DNA of 64,000 nt. Origin: the human T2T-CHM13v2.0 reference genome, Homo sapiens. The position numbers were made by a program, and so were the translations under genes. The stretch is taken from assembly GCF_009914755.1 (NCBI RefSeq), contig NC_060925.1. One strand, written 5' to 3'. A model generated the notes under the pieces. The model made no database searches. It was not told the DNA's origin and saw only the letters and a program-made list of their open reading frames with translations. Shown here in pieces: positions 59,330-64,000 of the stretch (its first letter is position 1; every line of letters begins with the position of its first letter).

Positions 59330-60760
59330 CTTGCAGCGCCACTCTCGGCCTTCGCCGGGCTGTAGGCTCGGCGCCTGGGGCGGCGCTGGGGGGGCGGCGT
59401 CGGCCCGGGCAGCAGCCTCCGCAGGGTTACCCGGGCGCGTGCAGGGAAACGTCTCAGCAATTCCAGCGCCCGAGCGGAGCGCGCGGGGGGGGTGGGGGCG
59501 CGCGGCGCGGGGCACCTTGAAACCGCCGGCGGCCGCGCGCTGATTGGCCGAGCCGCCGCCTCGGCGTTCCAGCCAGGCGCCCCTCCCCCCGCGCCGTCCA
59601 CCCCGGAAGGAATTTCCTCCTCTGGCGGCCGCTATTGTTGTCCACCTTCGCTGTTTGGGTCGGATCGCGTAACCATAGTATCCAAACTGTGTCCGCGCGG
59701 GGCCCCAGCCTGGGACCCCTGTGCCCTCACCCCCCCAGCCTACCCCCCAGTTTTTTTTTTCTTTTTGCAGCCTACTTATCATGACTTCATCGGACTCCGG
59801 GGAGCGGGAAAGGGGGTTGGGGCGGGGGGGCGGGGAGTGGGCCCGCTTCTGGCGGCCCTTACTTCGAGATGTTTTCAATTACAATTTTTTAAAAAGTCTG
59901 CTTTGTGGGTTCAGGGCTTAAAAATTCTTCCTACTTGCCCCCCTCCCCATGAAACCGTTGGACCAAACTTGAATGGGGGTTTCCTTCTTTTCCCCTTTAC
60001 CGTCTATGCTCCAGCCCCCTGACTTTACGGCTCACGGCTGGGGGTGGGGGAAATTCGCAGCAGGAGTCGCCCCCCTCAAACGCTACCCTTCAGATCATGG
60101 CTGTGTCCTGGCCCCTGGGCCTGGGTTTGAGCTGGGGAAGCGAGGCTGGTGGTGGGGTGGAAACATCACGCACTGCAGTACCCCCCACCCCGGGGCGCTT
60201 CCTGGCGGGGTTGGGGGATCCCCGGAGATGGATCTGGGGTAGGTGGTACGGGGTGGATGCCCATCAAATATCGGGGAGGGGTGACGGGGATAAAAGGGAG
60301 ACGGGGGAAGCAGCTGACAGGTTATTGGAAGAACAAGCCCCCTCGCCCCTCGAATTTCTCCCACGGGTCTCTGAGCTCAGACATCCTAGTCCGCGCAGGC
60401 AGCCCGAGCCGAATGCCTGCTCCCAACCCCGGCCAAAAAAAAAAAACAAAACCAACCCCAAACAAAAACCCTGTGCCCAGAATTGCATTCGGCTGGGAGA
60501 GGTGGGGATCCAGCAGCAAGTCCGCACCGAGCCGGCTGCGCGCAGCGCGGGAGCCCCCGGGCTGGGGCCGGCAGCGGGGGGCGGTGTGTGTGCGGGGGGG
60601 TGTCCAACATTCCCAGAACTCAAGTATTCTCCCGGCGCTGAGCCGGGCGGGGGCAGTGGCGGCCGCGGCCCAAGTTCGGGGCAACACTGCCCCCTAGGGG
60701 CCGCCGCCGGAGGTTTGCAGCTGGGGCGGCGAGGGGTCTGGAGGTTTGGGTCTAGCCCTG
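59330..60760. promoter_or_regulatory. Bipartite CpG island, promoter-like
   Basis: Dense CpG; ctgattggc (NF-Y) at 59540, ccggaag (ETS) near 59603, GC boxes, G4-like runs at 59799-59835, CTCF-like site at 60685-60702. Confidence 0.8.
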
Positions 60761-61669
60761 GGACCAGGGACTTGACTTTGGCCCTCAGTGTTTCACCGGC
60801 CAGCGGAGCCGGGGAGTTACCTGGGCAGGGCTACCGTGACCCCCTGGCAGACCAGTGACAGGCTAGAGGAGAGCCTTCAAGTGCCAATTTAGGGAGCTGG
60901 GGAGATATAGTAGTAGGGTTTGTATTTTTGCTCTAGAATTTAAAACTTCGGCAGACAGTTTCCCATAGGCTCTCAGTGATGGATGGGAACTTAAGATCAT
61001 TGACTGAGTCCCCTCATTGTGCAGTTGGGGAAGCTGAGGCTCAGAGAGGGGAATGATTTTCTCAGGGATATGAGATTTGAATCTAGTCCTCCTGGTTGTC
61101 ATCTGGGGCCCCGTGGATTTTTTGGGCTCACGGAGTCCTCTGATTCCTCTGACACTGATGCCTTCCTGTCAGAGAGGCATCACCGCTCTCATTTTACAAA
61201 CGAGAAATCAGAGAGGTCTGGACTTGCTCAGTCAGCCCTTTTTTTCCCCCAGCCCTCTAGACCATAGGGACTTGGGGGACTTGAACCTTAGGGTCAATTA
61301 GCAGGCCAGCTTTCTGCTCTGGGGCCCTGTGGTATTCTACAGTCATCCCTGCCAGAGCCGGGTTAAGGTGGCTGCTCCAGGCTGGTGGCGGGGCAGGGGT
61401 AATCCAACAGCAGGGTTGAGTTTGCTGAAATCTGGGCTCTTGGCCTCTAAACAGCTGCCATCTCCGGGCCTCAGTTTCCCCATTTCTAGAATAGTTGGTA
61501 GCAAGAGGATGGAGAAGGCGTCTGGCAACTCCCAATGGGTGGTGACACAGTACGGCCCCGCCTTCCTGGTCTGCCACGCCCTCTCCTCTCCTTCCCTTCT
61601 AGGTTGGGGTCTGCAGGCTGGCTTCCTCCCGCCTTCCCTTCCTCCCTCCCTGCAGGGCTCCTGCAGCCG

Positions 61670-61720
61670 CCCCTCCCTCCCTCCCTCCCTCCCCTCCCCT
61701 CCCCTCCCCTCCCCTCCCCT
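61670..61720. repeat. (CCCT)n(CCCCT)n tract, potential G4/i-motif
   Basis: Seen directly. Confidence 0.85.
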
Positions 61721-62813
61721 CCTGGCAGGCGCAGAGCTGACTGCGGGAGGGAGCCATAGGCACGGAGCCAGCAGAGTGTCAAGTCAACCCCTGGGGAAGA
61801 CGGGGTTGGGGCGCTGCTGGCTGCTGCTGAGGCGCTGTCAGAGGCTGCAGCTCTGCGCTGGCAGGGGCAGAGTCCGTAGGGGTTATTTGTGTCCAAGGTA
61901 ACTGGTGTCCGAGCTTGCTGCTAGCATCCTCCCTGTCCCTAGAGACCAGGGGAACTGCTCTGGGAGTCATCTGGAGTCCTCCCTCTCCCTCACTGCCCAC
62001 GAGCACTCAGGCACCAAGTCTGGGCCTTTCTCCCCTTAAATATCTCTCATCCCGTTTCCTCAGCCACTGTCCCCTGATCTCCCAGGGACTCTAAACTGTC
62101 CCCTCAAGGCCTTCCTCCAACACTGTCTGGGAACCTCTCCTGTGAAGCCCGGCCTGGCCCTGCCTCCTGCTGCCCTCATGGCCAACCCTCTGGCACCTGG
62201 ACCTGCCTGCCTCTGCAGCCTTATTTGGAGTCTCTCCCTGACACAGATTTTCTGTCTTGGTGACATTGCATGTGACTTCTGGAGCCTGCCACGCTCCCTG
62301 GGCTCACACAGGTCATCGGTCAGGTCCTGCCCGGCTTTGGGGAGACTGAGGTGGATAACTCCAGCCCTTCTCTGCAAACAGCCCACAGACCTGTCGGGGA
62401 GACCCTTAGCCTGGTCACGGAATGATTATTGGCAGAATGGGGTTTTAAGAGGACTCTTACCCACCCTGGGGGGAAATCAAGGAAGACTTCCTGCAGGAGA
62501 GGGGGCTTGTGCTGAGTGCAGAGAGAGGAGTAGAGGTAAATGGGGAAGACTCCAGGGAGAGGGAGCTTGGTGGGTAGGCACAGTCCTGAGAGAGCATGAC
62601 TCCTAGGGCAGTGATAAGACAGTGTAGCTGAGGTGTAGAGAGAGATGAAGCTGGAGGGAGGCGGGTCCAGGTGGTCCCTGTGTGTTGGCTTAGAGCACTG
62701 GGACTTCCATGTGCAGGTCACCGGGAGCCACAGAGGGCCCTGAGCCCTGGGCTGGACTGCATGTTGGGAACACTCTCCCTCTTGAAACCAGTTCCTGGGG
62801 ATGCAGAAGTGAC

Positions 62814-63998
<1,185 letters not shown>

Positions 63999-64000
63999 AT

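Noticed and set aside
59101-60858. 166-253 aa ORFs over the second island
   Set aside because: Low-complexity GC artefacts crossing homopolymer runs; no homology recognised

Overview
Human genomic DNA: an AluYb8, a human-specific subfamily, sits at 11497-11809. The window is non-coding, intergenic or intronic; I find no supportable protein-coding exon, tRNA, rRNA or CRISPR array, and I cannot name the locus. It is dominated by repeats: roughly 65 Alu elements or fragments (hand count), one full-length decayed L1PA4/5-type LINE-1 on the minus strand (13.7-20.2 kb), a two-LTR THE1A MaLR element (38.05-40.94 kb) inserted into a MER53 MITE, LTR16/MLT1, MER30/MER33, and many L2/MIR relics. There is also a ~1 kb polypurine GGAA/GGGA tract and a compound CA minisatellite. 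Two CpG-island-like regions (45.8-46.2 kb and 59.3-60.8 kb) lie in Alu-poor stretches and look like promoters or enhancers, with a possible non-coding first exon near 61.7-61.9 kb. I do not see a convincing new biological system. The most interesting signals are a short L1 3' transduction, serial reuse of the same L1-endonuclease sites, a fold-back 5' end on an Alu monomer, and an L2 tail-to-tail hairpin resembling L2-derived miRNAs. Coordinates and subfamily calls were made by eye from recalled consensus sequences, and old-repeat boundaries are approximate.
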